Below are positions 15,970 through 24,749 of a stretch of DNA of 34,902 bases, piece after piece. The position numbers were made by a program, and so were the translations under genes. Below the pieces are notes generated by a model that saw only the letters and a program-made list of their open reading frames with translations, did not search any database and was not told where the DNA came from. Numbering within the stretch: the first letter of the stretch is position 1; every line of letters begins with the position of its first letter. The stretch spans positions 1 through 34,902 of IMG/VR virus record IMGVR_UViG_3300011116_000523, one strand, 5' to 3'. Origin of the DNA: a virus. Taxonomy: Duplodnaviria; Caudoviricetes.

Positions 15970-16860
15970 TTAGAATGTCCAGGGCAGGCCGGGAACAGCG
16001 CCGCCGCCGTTCATGCTCATACCGTTGCCGATGGTCGAGCCAGCGCCGCTGGCCATCATCATCGGGTTGCCGCTCAACAGGCCGAGACCCATCTGCCCGA
16101 TGCCGAGACCCGTCGTCAGCCAGTTCGTCGGCTGCTTGGTCTGGCCAACCGTTGTGCCCGTGGAGCTCCCGCCCTGCTGAGCAATGGGGTTCAGGATGCC
16201 GCTTTCCCACTGCACGGCATTCATGGGCGCAGTGCGGGCCGCGTTCAGCTGCTGATCGCGCAAGCTGCCGGCTGCAAGCTGCGTTTGGGCCGGGAACAGC
16301 GAGGACTGATCCAAGGTCGTGCCGAGCTGGCCGCCCGTGAAGCCGCCGCCGTACAGCGTATTTGCTGCCGACTGCATATTGCCCATGCCGGTGTTGTAGT
16401 TCGACAGCCGCGCTTGGTTCTCGACGTTGCCGAGCTCGCGGGTCAGTGCCCCCGTGTGCGCTCCAGAACCAAACCGGCCAGCCGCCGTAAACTGAGAGTT
16501 GACCCGGCTCGCGGTGTCGTTGAGCGTCTTGTTCAGAACAGGGTCGAGATACGGATTGCCGTTGACGTACTTGCCAGACGCAATGTCCTGCAGCGTGCCA
16601 AGGCCGGTGTTAAACCCTGCCGTTGATCCGGGGACGACCTGCCCGAGAGCAGAAACAGCCGCCGATCCGTTCTGTCCCGCCTGCGCCAAGGTGCTGATTC
16701 CTTGGTTTGTCAGGTCGGAATAGAGCGGCGCGAAGTTGTCGTAGTTCGAACCGATCTCTTCCGCGCGACCCGCGACGTTGGTCAGCGGCTTTGCCGCCGG
16801 TTCCCACGGAGAGCGGGACTGCTGCGTCGTCTGCGTCGTGGTTGCTGGCTTATTGCCCAT
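15970..16860 (-). CDS. DNA ejection/pilot protein, P22 gp7-like position (296 aa)
   Basis: TTTQTTQ..PW N-terminus, NPYL, QF..AGRFGSGAH, Gly-rich hydrophobic C-terminus. Confidence 0.75.
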   Translation of the reverse strand: MGNKPATTTQTTQQSRSPWEPAAKPLTNVAGRAEEIGSNYDNFAPLYSDLTNQGISTLAQAGQNGSAAVSALGQVVPGSTAGFNTGLGTLQDIASGKYVNGNPYLDPVLNKTLNDTASRVNSQFTAAGRFGSGAHTGALTRELGNVENQARLSNYNTGMGNMQSAANTLYGGGFTGGQLGTTLDQSSLFPAQTQLAAGSLRDQQLNAARTAPMNAVQWESGILNPIAQQGGSSTGTTVGQTKQPTNWLTTGLGIGQMGLGLLSGNPMMMASGAGSTIGNGMSMNGGGAVPGLPWTF

Positions 16861-17326
16861 CGGTCAGGTCCGTTTCGAGCAGAACGTGGGTGACTTTGAA
16901 CTCGGGCAGGTGACGCGCCCAGCCCTTGCGGGCCAGCATGTGCAGGCGATGGCAGCCCTGGTTCTTGGCCCACGCCTTGATGTCGTCGATGAGATGCTTC
17001 CAGCGATCCGCGCCCTTGCCGGTGGCGAAATGGATGCGGGCAATGCCTTCCTTGGTGATCTCGGTGGCGAGCACCGCACGGTATTCGCCGTCGAACACCA
17101 CCCACAGCTGCCAGGCGCCGGTGATCAGCTTTTCTGCAATGCCCTCGATGGAGAACTCGCCATTCGAGCGCTCGACGACACGTTCCGAGATCCACGGCGC
17201 AACGTGCGGCCAGACCACCTCGAGGAACGGCAACGGCACCTGCCGCAAGGTCATGGCGCACGGCTCGCCCATGAGGACCGGCGCGAAATAGGCCTGCATG
17301 GCGGCCATCTGCTGCTCTGTCATCAT
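16850..17326 (-). CDS. GNAT-like protein, P22 gp14-like position
   Basis: WQLWV...AWAKNQGC..L...ARKGWAR pattern; conserved position before the ejection genes. Confidence 0.7.
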   Translation of the reverse strand: MMTEQQMAAMQAYFAPVLMGEPCAMTLRQVPLPFLEVVWPHVAPWISERVVERSNGEFSIEGIAEKLITGAWQLWVVFDGEYRAVLATEITKEGIARIHFATGKGADRWKHLIDDIKAWAKNQGCHRLHMLARKGWARHLPEFKVTHVLLETDLTDGQ

Positions 17327-17637
17327 CCCCCGATCACCAGATAGCCAAATGTTCGATCCGTTTGCGCATTGTTCGCGTGCGTGATGGTGAAGCTGCCGCC
17401 GGTGGCCGAGACGGCCCAGTAGATCGTCCCGTTCCCCATCTCAGCGGATGCATGCGCGGTCTGCGGCTGCAGGAACACATACGCGTCCTTGCTGATCGTG
17501 GCGCGGCTTACCGTCGTCGTTGTCGTGCTTGCCGTCAGCGTTACCGATCCGGTGGCGTTGCTGCGGCCTTGTATCAATTCGTTAATGGCCTGATCGCGCG
17601 CGCGATCGGTCGCCCCGACGTTGGGAAGGACTTTCAT
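17323..17637 (-). CDS. small tail structural protein (needle/plug position)
   Basis: AINELIQGRSNATGSVTL...FTITHANN..DRTF.Y pattern; synteny. Confidence 0.6.
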   Translation of the reverse strand: MKVLPNVGATDRARDQAINELIQGRSNATGSVTLTASTTTTTVSRATISKDAYVFLQPQTAHASAEMGNGTIYWAVSATGGSFTITHANNAQTDRTFGYLVIGG

Positions 17638-18581
17638 CGAGACATTAAATCCCGGCGAAGCGTTTGCTCATGTTCTGGGATCACATAGTCCAACCACGGC
17701 GGGCGGGCGCGGCGTTGCTCAGGCGTCAAATTCGCTCGCGCTTCTACCGTATAAGCTTCGTTCTCGCCTGCGTTGCGGTTGTGGCGAAGGAGATCTTCTG
17801 GCGTCCGTATCCAACCGCCACCCGCGCCGCTTTCAAGCCCGTCTGCATGCTGCACTTGATGCTGCATTTCATGCAAGAAGGTTGTCCGCGCAGATTGCAC
17901 AGTCGGCGCGCTGACGATCACCGCACCGTTCGCGTATGCTACTCCGGTTCCTTCCGGCAACCTTTGATCAAACGTAAGTTTGCCTTTTGCAGCGCCTTTT
18001 TCTGGATAAGCTTTCATTAAGTCGGGATGGTCAAGCAACGCTTTCACGGGTCCGTCGTAAACCATGCCCGGTTGCGAATATGGCAAAGTTGCTTTGCTGT
18101 CGTCGATTTCAAAGCGAGGCTGTTTATCCACGCCGCGATGCGAACCGATATAAGGTGATCCTTCACCGATCTTAGCAGTCTCTTCCCAAATTTTTTCTCG
18201 CGGCACGCCAGCTTTCTCTAGCTCTTCCATCTTGGTCAACATCTGCAGCGGACGCGTCTCGCCTTGCGCGGCCAGCCGTTCAGCGGCCAGCCTGCCCCCA
18301 AAAATGCCAACCGCGTTTGCAGGTTTGGGAACCACGGAGCCAGCCAGCCCGACATTCAGCGCCACGTCACCAGCCGCATGACCTGCACCGCGCCAGTCAC
18401 CGGAGGCAGCATTATCGCCAGCATCCCAGAACGCTCCACGGCCGGACGTGACGTTATCCAGCGCCGTGCCCATGTCGTGCAAAAATCCCGGAACAACCCA
18501 CCGTTTTTGGCCACCGGCATCTATGCCGAATGGCAGCCAAAATGCGCGTTCCGTGATTTGCGGCGACATCAGGTCAGGCAT
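17634..18581 (-). CDS. polyvalent-type protein: LPD23-like + HExxH metallopeptidase-like (315 aa)
   Basis: RGVDKQPRFEIDDS, LHEMQHQVQ, AGENEA..VEAR and RRARPPWLDY; paralog of 20050..21861. Confidence 0.75.
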   Translation of the reverse strand: MPDLMSPQITERAFWLPFGIDAGGQKRWVVPGFLHDMGTALDNVTSGRGAFWDAGDNAASGDWRGAGHAAGDVALNVGLAGSVVPKPANAVGIFGGRLAAERLAAQGETRPLQMLTKMEELEKAGVPREKIWEETAKIGEGSPYIGSHRGVDKQPRFEIDDSKATLPYSQPGMVYDGPVKALLDHPDLMKAYPEKGAAKGKLTFDQRLPEGTGVAYANGAVIVSAPTVQSARTTFLHEMQHQVQHADGLESGAGGGWIRTPEDLLRHNRNAGENEAYTVEARANLTPEQRRARPPWLDYVIPEHEQTLRRDLMSR

Positions 18582-20973
18582 TATCGCTTGCCCCGCGGCG
18601 CCACCAGATCACTGTCGTCGATGCCTTGGCACTGCGTCCACGACGCGCCCGCCGGCGTCTGGATGCGCGCCCGGAAGTAATTGCCCGAGGCCCACGCCGG
18701 ACAGATCCCCGTGTCCTCCATGGCTTCTGCCGTATTGAACGTGATCGGATCGGATGCTTTCTCGCGCGCGGAGATGGCAACCGTGGCCTGCGTCGTGTCG
18801 ATCTGCGGCCGGGTGCCCTTGACCAGCAGACGCCGGGCTGGAACCTCACCGTCCGTTGTCGTGATCGAGATCGCCATCGGTGAACCCGACTGCACGCCGA
18901 GTTTATGATCCGTGCCGAACACACCCATCAGCGACGAGCCGCCACGCCAGAACGGGCTGTCGAGCGAGAACGGCAGCGTGTCCAGCGTGCCGTAGCTGTT
19001 CATGGTGTCGAGTGTGACGCCAGGGGACAGCCACTTGACAAGCGCTTCCACCGAAACGTCGGCATAGGTCGCTTCCTCAAGCGACCAATCGTAGATCAGC
19101 AGCCGGTTCGGCGTCGTCGTCGTATTGGTTTTGGAGATGTAGGCCCACACGATGATCGGGCGCACGGGATTGGCGACACCGAGCACGGACAATTCCGAGC
19201 CGGGCTTGATATCGGCCAGGAACCATTTGATCCACTTTCCGACGCCGATTGGCACCGACTGCGCCGCCGACAGCGAAAAGCGCCGGAACCCGTCGCGGGC
19301 GAGGTAATAGGCTTCCGTCCTGAGCTTGACCAACGAATGCGGCGCCGACAGCCCAAGCGCGCCCTCGACCTCGTCGAACTGGAAAATCACGCCCAGCGAT
19401 CCGCCCGGCACATAGGTCATGCGGCGAACCGTATCGGCCTGGAACACGTACCCCGTCTCGCCGCCGATCACGCCGCGCACCGGGCCGCCGTTGGGAAAAT
19501 CCTGATAGTCGCTTTCGTTGACGCCCGCGGTCCAGCCGGTCATGTCGTTGTTGGCCGACCACTGCACGCGCTTCTCGTTGCCGAAAATGGCACCCAGCAA
19601 AACGAAGTCGCGCACCACGTCGATATAGCGGGCCTTTGGCGGAGATCCCGTCACCGCGGCGAAGTTCGTTCCCGAGGTCACGTCGATGTATTGCAGCGAA
19701 TCCGCGATGTTGGTCGCGATCAGGTTGGTGCCGTACAGCGCAAACTTCCATTGTTCGCCCGCACCGCAGGCATAGGCACCGCCAGACGCCCGCGTTACGT
19801 CCGTCCAGCCGGCGCTGGTGTTCAGCTTGTAGAGCGCCGTCGTGGTTCCGGCGTAGGTCGCAACCGAACTATCGTCGAGAAGAACAGACACCGCGCCGCG
19901 GCACGCCGCTGCCAGCGCGCTCGTCGATCCCACCGGCTGCTCAAATGGCAAGAACCCCGTGATGCCAGGCACCACGTTCTTGGCGTCGATGCAGACCTTG
20001 CTGTTGACCGATCCGGCGTCGGGATGAAACATCCCGAAGGACATGACCATCAGTTGCTCATCAGATCACGTTTGGAGTCAGGCGGGAGCATCGCGGCTCC
20101 GGTGGCATTGTTCACGGCGTCAAGGCCGTACAAAGAGACCGCAGCGGCAATGCCGTATTTCTTCACGATGTCGATAATTTTGTCGTCGAACACGACGTAG
20201 TTCCGGCTGCCCTCACCAGCAGTGCGAGAGCCAGCGTCTAGGTAGCGTACCCCTGGGATACCTGCTTCCTTGAGCGCAAGACCGCCAAGCTTATCGTGCG
20301 GAATGCCCTTGATGTCGTGGTCGTAGCGAAGCGCGAACGGTAGCTTCGATTGCAGTATGTCTTGCCCCAGAGGATCGCCCGATGTCACGCCATCGCCGAA
20401 CTTTGAGACGATGCGTTGCACCTTCTCGCTCTGTTGGCTCAGCGGCTTGTCCCAGTCGAGGAAATCATCAGGGTGGGCGTTGATGGAGACTTCGTACATG
20501 TGCCCCGGTTCCCGAACCGTGTTCGGAAAACCTTTGCTTTCCAAAAGATCAAGGGCCTGCTTGTGGAGGTCTCGAAGTTCCTGCGGATGCCCCGCAAAAT
20601 CTATGTTGGATTGAAGGTACTTTTTAGCTTTTTCAACATCGCCGCCGGAAATATGTTCAGCTTGCGAGGCTACTCCCTCAGGGGTCCTAGATGAATAGGG
20701 ATTGCCGTCAACAGTGGTTTTCCTCAACTTGTCCCGGTAACTTTTTGCAATCCCTTCTTTTTCAGCGAAGTAAAGTCCGGGACCGAAAGCCTGCGCGCCT
20801 TCTCCCGTGCCGATCTTGGATATATCGAACTTGTCGAAATCGTGCGGGCTGCCGTGGTAGGCGCGGATGCCGGGAGGTGGCTCCATGCTCATCTGCGGGC
20901 CTGAGCCGCCGAACCTGACGATCTGGTCTTGCTCTGGGACGTCGTAGTCCAACCACGGCGGGCGGGCGCGGCG
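17686..20973. repeat. 29-bp identical direct repeat TAGTCCAACCACGGCGGGCGGGCGCGGCG at 17686-17714 and 20945-20973
   Basis: Exact match encoding RRARPPWLDY in both polyvalent genes. Their first 15 nt (ATGCCTGACCTGATG; 18567-18581 and 21847-21861) are also identical. Confidence 0.9.
18581..20050 (-). CDS. tail hub / packaged DNA stabilization protein (P22 gp10-like)
   Basis: 489-aa beta-propeller-like sequence (VQWSA, GYVFQ, YYLARDGF, LLIYDW); synteny. Confidence 0.8.
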   Translation of the reverse strand: MVMSFGMFHPDAGSVNSKVCIDAKNVVPGITGFLPFEQPVGSTSALAAACRGAVSVLLDDSSVATYAGTTTALYKLNTSAGWTDVTRASGGAYACGAGEQWKFALYGTNLIATNIADSLQYIDVTSGTNFAAVTGSPPKARYIDVVRDFVLLGAIFGNEKRVQWSANNDMTGWTAGVNESDYQDFPNGGPVRGVIGGETGYVFQADTVRRMTYVPGGSLGVIFQFDEVEGALGLSAPHSLVKLRTEAYYLARDGFRRFSLSAAQSVPIGVGKWIKWFLADIKPGSELSVLGVANPVRPIIVWAYISKTNTTTTPNRLLIYDWSLEEATYADVSVEALVKWLSPGVTLDTMNSYGTLDTLPFSLDSPFWRGGSSLMGVFGTDHKLGVQSGSPMAISITTTDGEVPARRLLVKGTRPQIDTTQATVAISAREKASDPITFNTAEAMEDTGICPAWASGNYFRARIQTPAGASWTQCQGIDDSDLVAPRGKR

Positions 20974-21861
20974 CTGGTCGGGGGTGAGGTCCATGCGCTT
21001 TTGGACGGCGCGGGCTTCAACTTCTCCGGCGAGGCGGTTGTAAGCCGCATCAAAACTAACCCCGCCGACGCCAAAATTTTCTTGACGCTGCAAGTCATGC
21101 TGCAATTCATGCAATCCCAATGATTTTGCTTCGGTTTTGTCAAGATCACCATTCAATGAAATACGAGGAACGTTTCCTTTTGAACTTGGCGTGTACCTTC
21201 CTCCAAGTCCATTTTGCACATCAAGCCTAATTTCTTTAACTGATGGATAAGCTGCCGTTAGGTCGGCATGTGTCATTATACCACGATCACCAACAATAGT
21301 GTTTGCGCCTATTGATTTTGCCGCAGACACAGATGGCGGTTCAATTCGCCACCCATCCATTGGGTCATAGGTTTTCCATGGGCGCGACCATTTTTCGTCG
21401 GGGGCCATTTTCGCCCCGCTATCATCGATCTCGAACCGCCATTTGCCGTCTACGCCGCGGAACCAGCCGGTGTCCTTGAAGATCTGCTCTCGGGTGAGTC
21501 CCTTTGCCGCCATCTCTTCTGCGGTTTTCAGCGCGACCCGATCCGCCGTTTTGGCCATGGGACCGCCAAAGATGGCCATCGCCATGCCCCGGTCATCCCC
21601 CTTGTGCCATGCATCGTTGACGCCGAGGGGAATACCGGCAGGGGTGACGTCCAAAAGACCAAAGCCCGTTTCGCCTTGCCCGCGCGATCCGATCAGACCT
21701 TCCGTCAATCGTGCGTATTCCGGCGACGACTTACGGTCGCCCATAAACCATGTGGCAACCCGATCCCGCCATGTCGGATGGTACGCAGACAGGCCTTGGC
21801 TGGGCATGTAGCGCTGCCCATACCAAGGGTCCGACCCTTCCGGCATCATCAGGTCAGGCAT
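20050..21861 (-). CDS. polyvalent protein: LPD23 + HExxH metallopeptidase-like + ART-PolyVal-like ADP-ribosyltransferase fold (603 aa)
   Basis: TGWFRGVDGKWRFEIDDS (LPD23); LHELQHDLQ..YNRLAGEVEARAVQ; AYHGS..FDKFD..KIGTGEG...G.GLYFAE...NYVVFD (ART-PolyVal-like). Confidence 0.8.
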   Translation of the reverse strand: MPDLMMPEGSDPWYGQRYMPSQGLSAYHPTWRDRVATWFMGDRKSSPEYARLTEGLIGSRGQGETGFGLLDVTPAGIPLGVNDAWHKGDDRGMAMAIFGGPMAKTADRVALKTAEEMAAKGLTREQIFKDTGWFRGVDGKWRFEIDDSGAKMAPDEKWSRPWKTYDPMDGWRIEPPSVSAAKSIGANTIVGDRGIMTHADLTAAYPSVKEIRLDVQNGLGGRYTPSSKGNVPRISLNGDLDKTEAKSLGLHELQHDLQRQENFGVGGVSFDAAYNRLAGEVEARAVQKRMDLTPDQRRARPPWLDYDVPEQDQIVRFGGSGPQMSMEPPPGIRAYHGSPHDFDKFDISKIGTGEGAQAFGPGLYFAEKEGIAKSYRDKLRKTTVDGNPYSSRTPEGVASQAEHISGGDVEKAKKYLQSNIDFAGHPQELRDLHKQALDLLESKGFPNTVREPGHMYEVSINAHPDDFLDWDKPLSQQSEKVQRIVSKFGDGVTSGDPLGQDILQSKLPFALRYDHDIKGIPHDKLGGLALKEAGIPGVRYLDAGSRTAGEGSRNYVVFDDKIIDIVKKYGIAAAVSLYGLDAVNNATGAAMLPPDSKRDLMSN

Positions 21862-21862
21862 A

Positions 21863-22135
21863 TCAGCCCATCAGCCCCATGCCGCCCTGTGGGGCTTGCG
21901 GAGGCATTGGCGGTCCACCCTGCGGCATTGGTGCGGTCGGCTGTTGATTGCCGCCGCTCATGGCAAGCGAGGACAGCAGCTGCATCAGCCCATCGCGCCC
22001 GAACTTCTGTGTCAGGACGGAAATCAGCGCCATCAGCTTCTGATCGCCGGGCTCGGCCGGGGCCTGGCCGCGCATTCCGGGTTTCATCGGCACGCGCTCG
22101 CGCGGCTCGACGTCGTCGTCCATCAGGTCGGCCAT
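21863..22135 (-). CDS. small Pro/Gln/Met-rich protein starting MADLM (90 aa)
   Basis: Fits the gap exactly (3 nt and 1 nt spacers); carries repeated xLM motifs. Confidence 0.7.
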   Translation of the reverse strand: MADLMDDDVEPRERVPMKPGMRGQAPAEPGDQKLMALISVLTQKFGRDGLMQLLSSLAMSGGNQQPTAPMPQGGPPMPPQAPQGGMGLMG

Positions 22136-22138
22136 GGG

Positions 22139-22789
22139 TTATCCTATCGCTTGAGCAATCGAGCGCAGACGGCCGGGCGTTCTGAGCCCGGTCTCCACGA
22201 TGTTGACGCCGTCGATCGTGCTGCGCAGGCGGGCGAGCCACGCGCCGGCAAGGTCGATGTCTTGCAGGAACGAGAACGCCTCGAACATGACGGCGTTGAA
22301 GTAGACAAGCGGATGCGCCGTCAGCAGATCGCCGGTTTTGTTGTCGGCCGAGATCGCGGTCAGGCGCTTGTAGTAGAGCAAGGTCAGGTCGCCGTCCCAG
22401 GACGGGGCCACCTTCAGCGTCAAGGCTTCGGTGGTGTACTGCGAGGGATAGCCGCTTGGTGCCTGCGCCAGATAAGCCGCAAACCGGTCCGGGCTCGCAT
22501 AAGTCATGCCGATCTGGTCGGCGTCCCGCGCGAGTTTGCGCACGGCCAAAATGTCTTCCGGCATCGTCGCCTGCCCGCTCGATGTCGTGATGGTGGTCGT
22601 GGTCTCCATCACGCGGCAGCGCAGCGGGGCGGAGTACAACGGATCGCCGGGCTGTCCCACGCCGCTATAGATACGATCCTCGGCCAGCGCCACGAACATC
22701 GGGAAGCGGGCGCCGAACGTCGAGTCCGAGCGGGCCATATAGGCCTTTACTTCGGAAACGAGGGAATCGTAATCGGTGATCAGGGCCAC
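22139..22789 (-). CDS. head-tail adaptor protein
   Basis: MALITDY..L...V..YMAR.D....P.FV.LAE.RI...LR...ME pattern typical of podovirus adaptors. Confidence 0.8.
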   Translation of the reverse strand: MALITDYDSLVSEVKAYMARSDSTFGARFPMFVALAEDRIYSGVGQPGDPLYSAPLRCRVMETTTTITTSSGQATMPEDILAVRKLARDADQIGMTYASPDRFAAYLAQAPSGYPSQYTTEALTLKVAPSWDGDLTLLYYKRLTAISADNKTGDLLTAHPLVYFNAVMFEAFSFLQDIDLAGAWLARLRSTIDGVNIVETGLRTPGRLRSIAQAIG

Positions 22790-22793
22790 GCGG

Positions 22794-23132
22794 TCAGAGC
22801 CTCAGGCTGTCGCAGGTCTTGAACGCGCGATACTCGGGATCGTTGAGCCGCTTGGTGATGCGCTCGGCGAACTCGGGCGAGTACACCTGATCGGGCGGAA
22901 TGCCGTCCTGCTCGGCCCAGTGCAGCAGCATCAGGTTGGGCACCGTGGCCTCGTGGCGGAAGTCGCCGCCGGCCTTCCAGTAGTCCCGGCCCGTGGACTG
23001 AAGTTTCTTGTTGTGCTCGACGAACGGCTCCACGTCCTGCGTCTGCGAGGTGTGGAAGGTGTCGGGGTCGTCGTCACCGTGAAACCACGTGATGATTCCG
23101 GTGAACTCGTCGTAGTCGAGTATGCGTTTCAT
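22794..23132 (-). CDS. conserved phage head-module protein (112 aa)
   Basis: QDVEP..E.NK...A.VP...W...G...LNDPEYRAF pattern; synteny. Confidence 0.75.
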   Translation of the reverse strand: MKRILDYDEFTGIITWFHGDDDPDTFHTSQTQDVEPFVEHNKKLQSTGRDYWKAGGDFRHEATVPNLMLLHWAEQDGIPPDQVYSPEFAERITKRLNDPEYRAFKTCDSLRL

Positions 23133-23138
23133 CGGTGC

Positions 23139-23543
23139 TCAGGCTTTGCTGTACGCACGCACGATGTCGTCCACGCTGTTTCCCTCAGCCAGAAGCTGAG
23201 TGATCTCGCCCTCTGCCCCGTCATGCTCGCGGCAGATCGCGCGAAGCTCCGGCGGCCAGCTGTCAAACTCCATCATCGCCACCGTGGCCCGGGACTTTTG
23301 CGCCGCCTGTAGAGCCTTTTCGGACACCTGCTTGCCGCGCTCCTTGGCTTTGATGGCGCTCGCCCCGCCGAGGATCTCGGCCATATCGCGGGACGCCAGC
23401 ACATCGGCCACGTCGCGCGGGATTTCGGCTTCCTCGCCCTTGCGGTAGCCAACGGTTCTGTGTTCCTCGCCCGTGTGCACGTCGTTCTTGAGGAAGCGCA
23501 CACGGACAAAGAACGGTTTGCTGTCGACGATCTGACCTGCCAT
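23139..23543 (-). CDS. hypothetical virion-module protein (134 aa)
   Basis: Start taken at ATG 23543 (TAATG overlap; MAGQIVDSK...). The longer track ORF overlaps the upstream gene. Confidence 0.7.
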   Translation of the reverse strand: MAGQIVDSKPFFVRVRFLKNDVHTGEEHRTVGYRKGEEAEIPRDVADVLASRDMAEILGGASAIKAKERGKQVSEKALQAAQKSRATVAMMEFDSWPPELRAICREHDGAEGEITQLLAEGNSVDDIVRAYSKA

Positions 23544-24742
23544 TAAGCGGCGACCGCCTTGATCACGGCGAAGTTGAACACGGGCTGCTCCGTTGTTGTG
23601 CCGCCGGTCGTGAAGTAGGTGATGTCGAACGAGCCCGCCGAGATGTTCGACACCTCGATGTTGTACTTGTCCGTCCCCGACTTCTGGCAGACGAACACGA
23701 CGTCGGTCGCAGCCACCGCCGAGTTGGTGACGGTGAAGGTGGCAGGCGTGGTCGTACCGGCCGCCGAGACCAGCGTGATCGAGCCACACACCTTGTTGAG
23801 AGTGACGCCGGTGGAGCGGTTTGTCAGCTGCGTGACCGTGCCGCCGGCGCCCGTGGCGTAGCCGACGCCAGCCGTGCCGCTCGACGACGTGATGGCCGCC
23901 GCACCGGCGATGGCACGCGTGGCCACGATGTTGCCGGTGGACGTGCCGCCGAGCGTGATGGTGCCCGAGCCTTTCGCGTCGATGGTCAGGTTCTCGTTGG
24001 TGCCCGAGCTGATCACCGACAGCGCCATACCGGCCGCGGCAGCCGCACCCGTTAGCTTCAGACCCGTGGCCACGCTCGCCGTGCTAGCATCGACCTGGAA
24101 CACCGGGTTGGTCGAGCCGTTGGCGCCGACAGAAACAGCCGTGGCGCTGCTCGACGTGATTGTCTCCGTTCCCGTGACGGCAAAGTTACCCGTGACCGTC
24201 GTGGCTCGAGCAAGACTGATGGCGCCCGTCGCCGTGCCGTTGATGGTAACGGTGCCGGAGCCCTTCGCATCCACCGTCAGGTTTTCATTGGTGCCCGAGG
24301 AAATGACCGACAGTGCGCAGGCGGCAGCGGCAGCGGCACCGGTGATCTTGATGCCCGTCGCCACCGAAGCGGTCGAAGCATCGATCTGCAGTACGGGATT
24401 GGTGGAGCCGTTCGCGCCCACGGCCAGCGCCGCCGAGCTCGTCGACGTGTTGGTCTGCGTGCCCGCGATCGTCGTGTTGCGCGACAGCGCAATGGCGCCG
24501 GTGCCGGTGGCATTCAGCGTGATTGTGCCGCTGCCCTTGGCATCGATGGTAAGGTTTTCGTTGGTGCCGGACGACACCACGGAGAGCGCCGCGCCGCCCG
24601 CAGCCGCACCGGACTTGACCTTGATGCCGGTGACGCTGGTGCCGGTCGAAGCATCCACCACAAAGGCGGGGTTGGTCGAACCGTTCTGGCCGATGGCGAT
24701 GGCCGTCGACGAGGAAGACGTGAGGTTTGAAATCGAAGCCAT
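23543..24742 (-). CDS. head fibre/decoration protein with three ~95-aa repeats (399 aa)
   Basis: 3x GxNGSTNPxxxxDAST.SV.TG.K..GAAA...ALSV.SSGTNENLT.DAKGSGT; GAGGA RBS. Confidence 0.8.
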   Translation of the reverse strand: MASISNLTSSSSTAIAIGQNGSTNPAFVVDASTGTSVTGIKVKSGAAAGGAALSVVSSGTNENLTIDAKGSGTITLNATGTGAIALSRNTTIAGTQTNTSTSSAALAVGANGSTNPVLQIDASTASVATGIKITGAAAAAACALSVISSGTNENLTVDAKGSGTVTINGTATGAISLARATTVTGNFAVTGTETITSSSATAVSVGANGSTNPVFQVDASTASVATGLKLTGAAAAAGMALSVISSGTNENLTIDAKGSGTITLGGTSTGNIVATRAIAGAAAITSSSGTAGVGYATGAGGTVTQLTNRSTGVTLNKVCGSITLVSAAGTTTPATFTVTNSAVAATDVVFVCQKSGTDKYNIEVSNISAGSFDITYFTTGGTTTEQPVFNFAVIKAVAA

Positions 24743-24749
24743 GATGTCC

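Noticed and set aside
17634-21861. Diversity-generating retroelement TR/VR pair
   Set aside because: The shared blocks are short and exact, with no adenine-specific mismatches, and there is no reverse transcriptase in the window.
23544-23789. N-terminal extension of the 216-aa track ORF 23139..23789
   Set aside because: It overlaps the head-fibre gene out of frame; the TAATG-coupled ATG at 23543 is the more plausible start.
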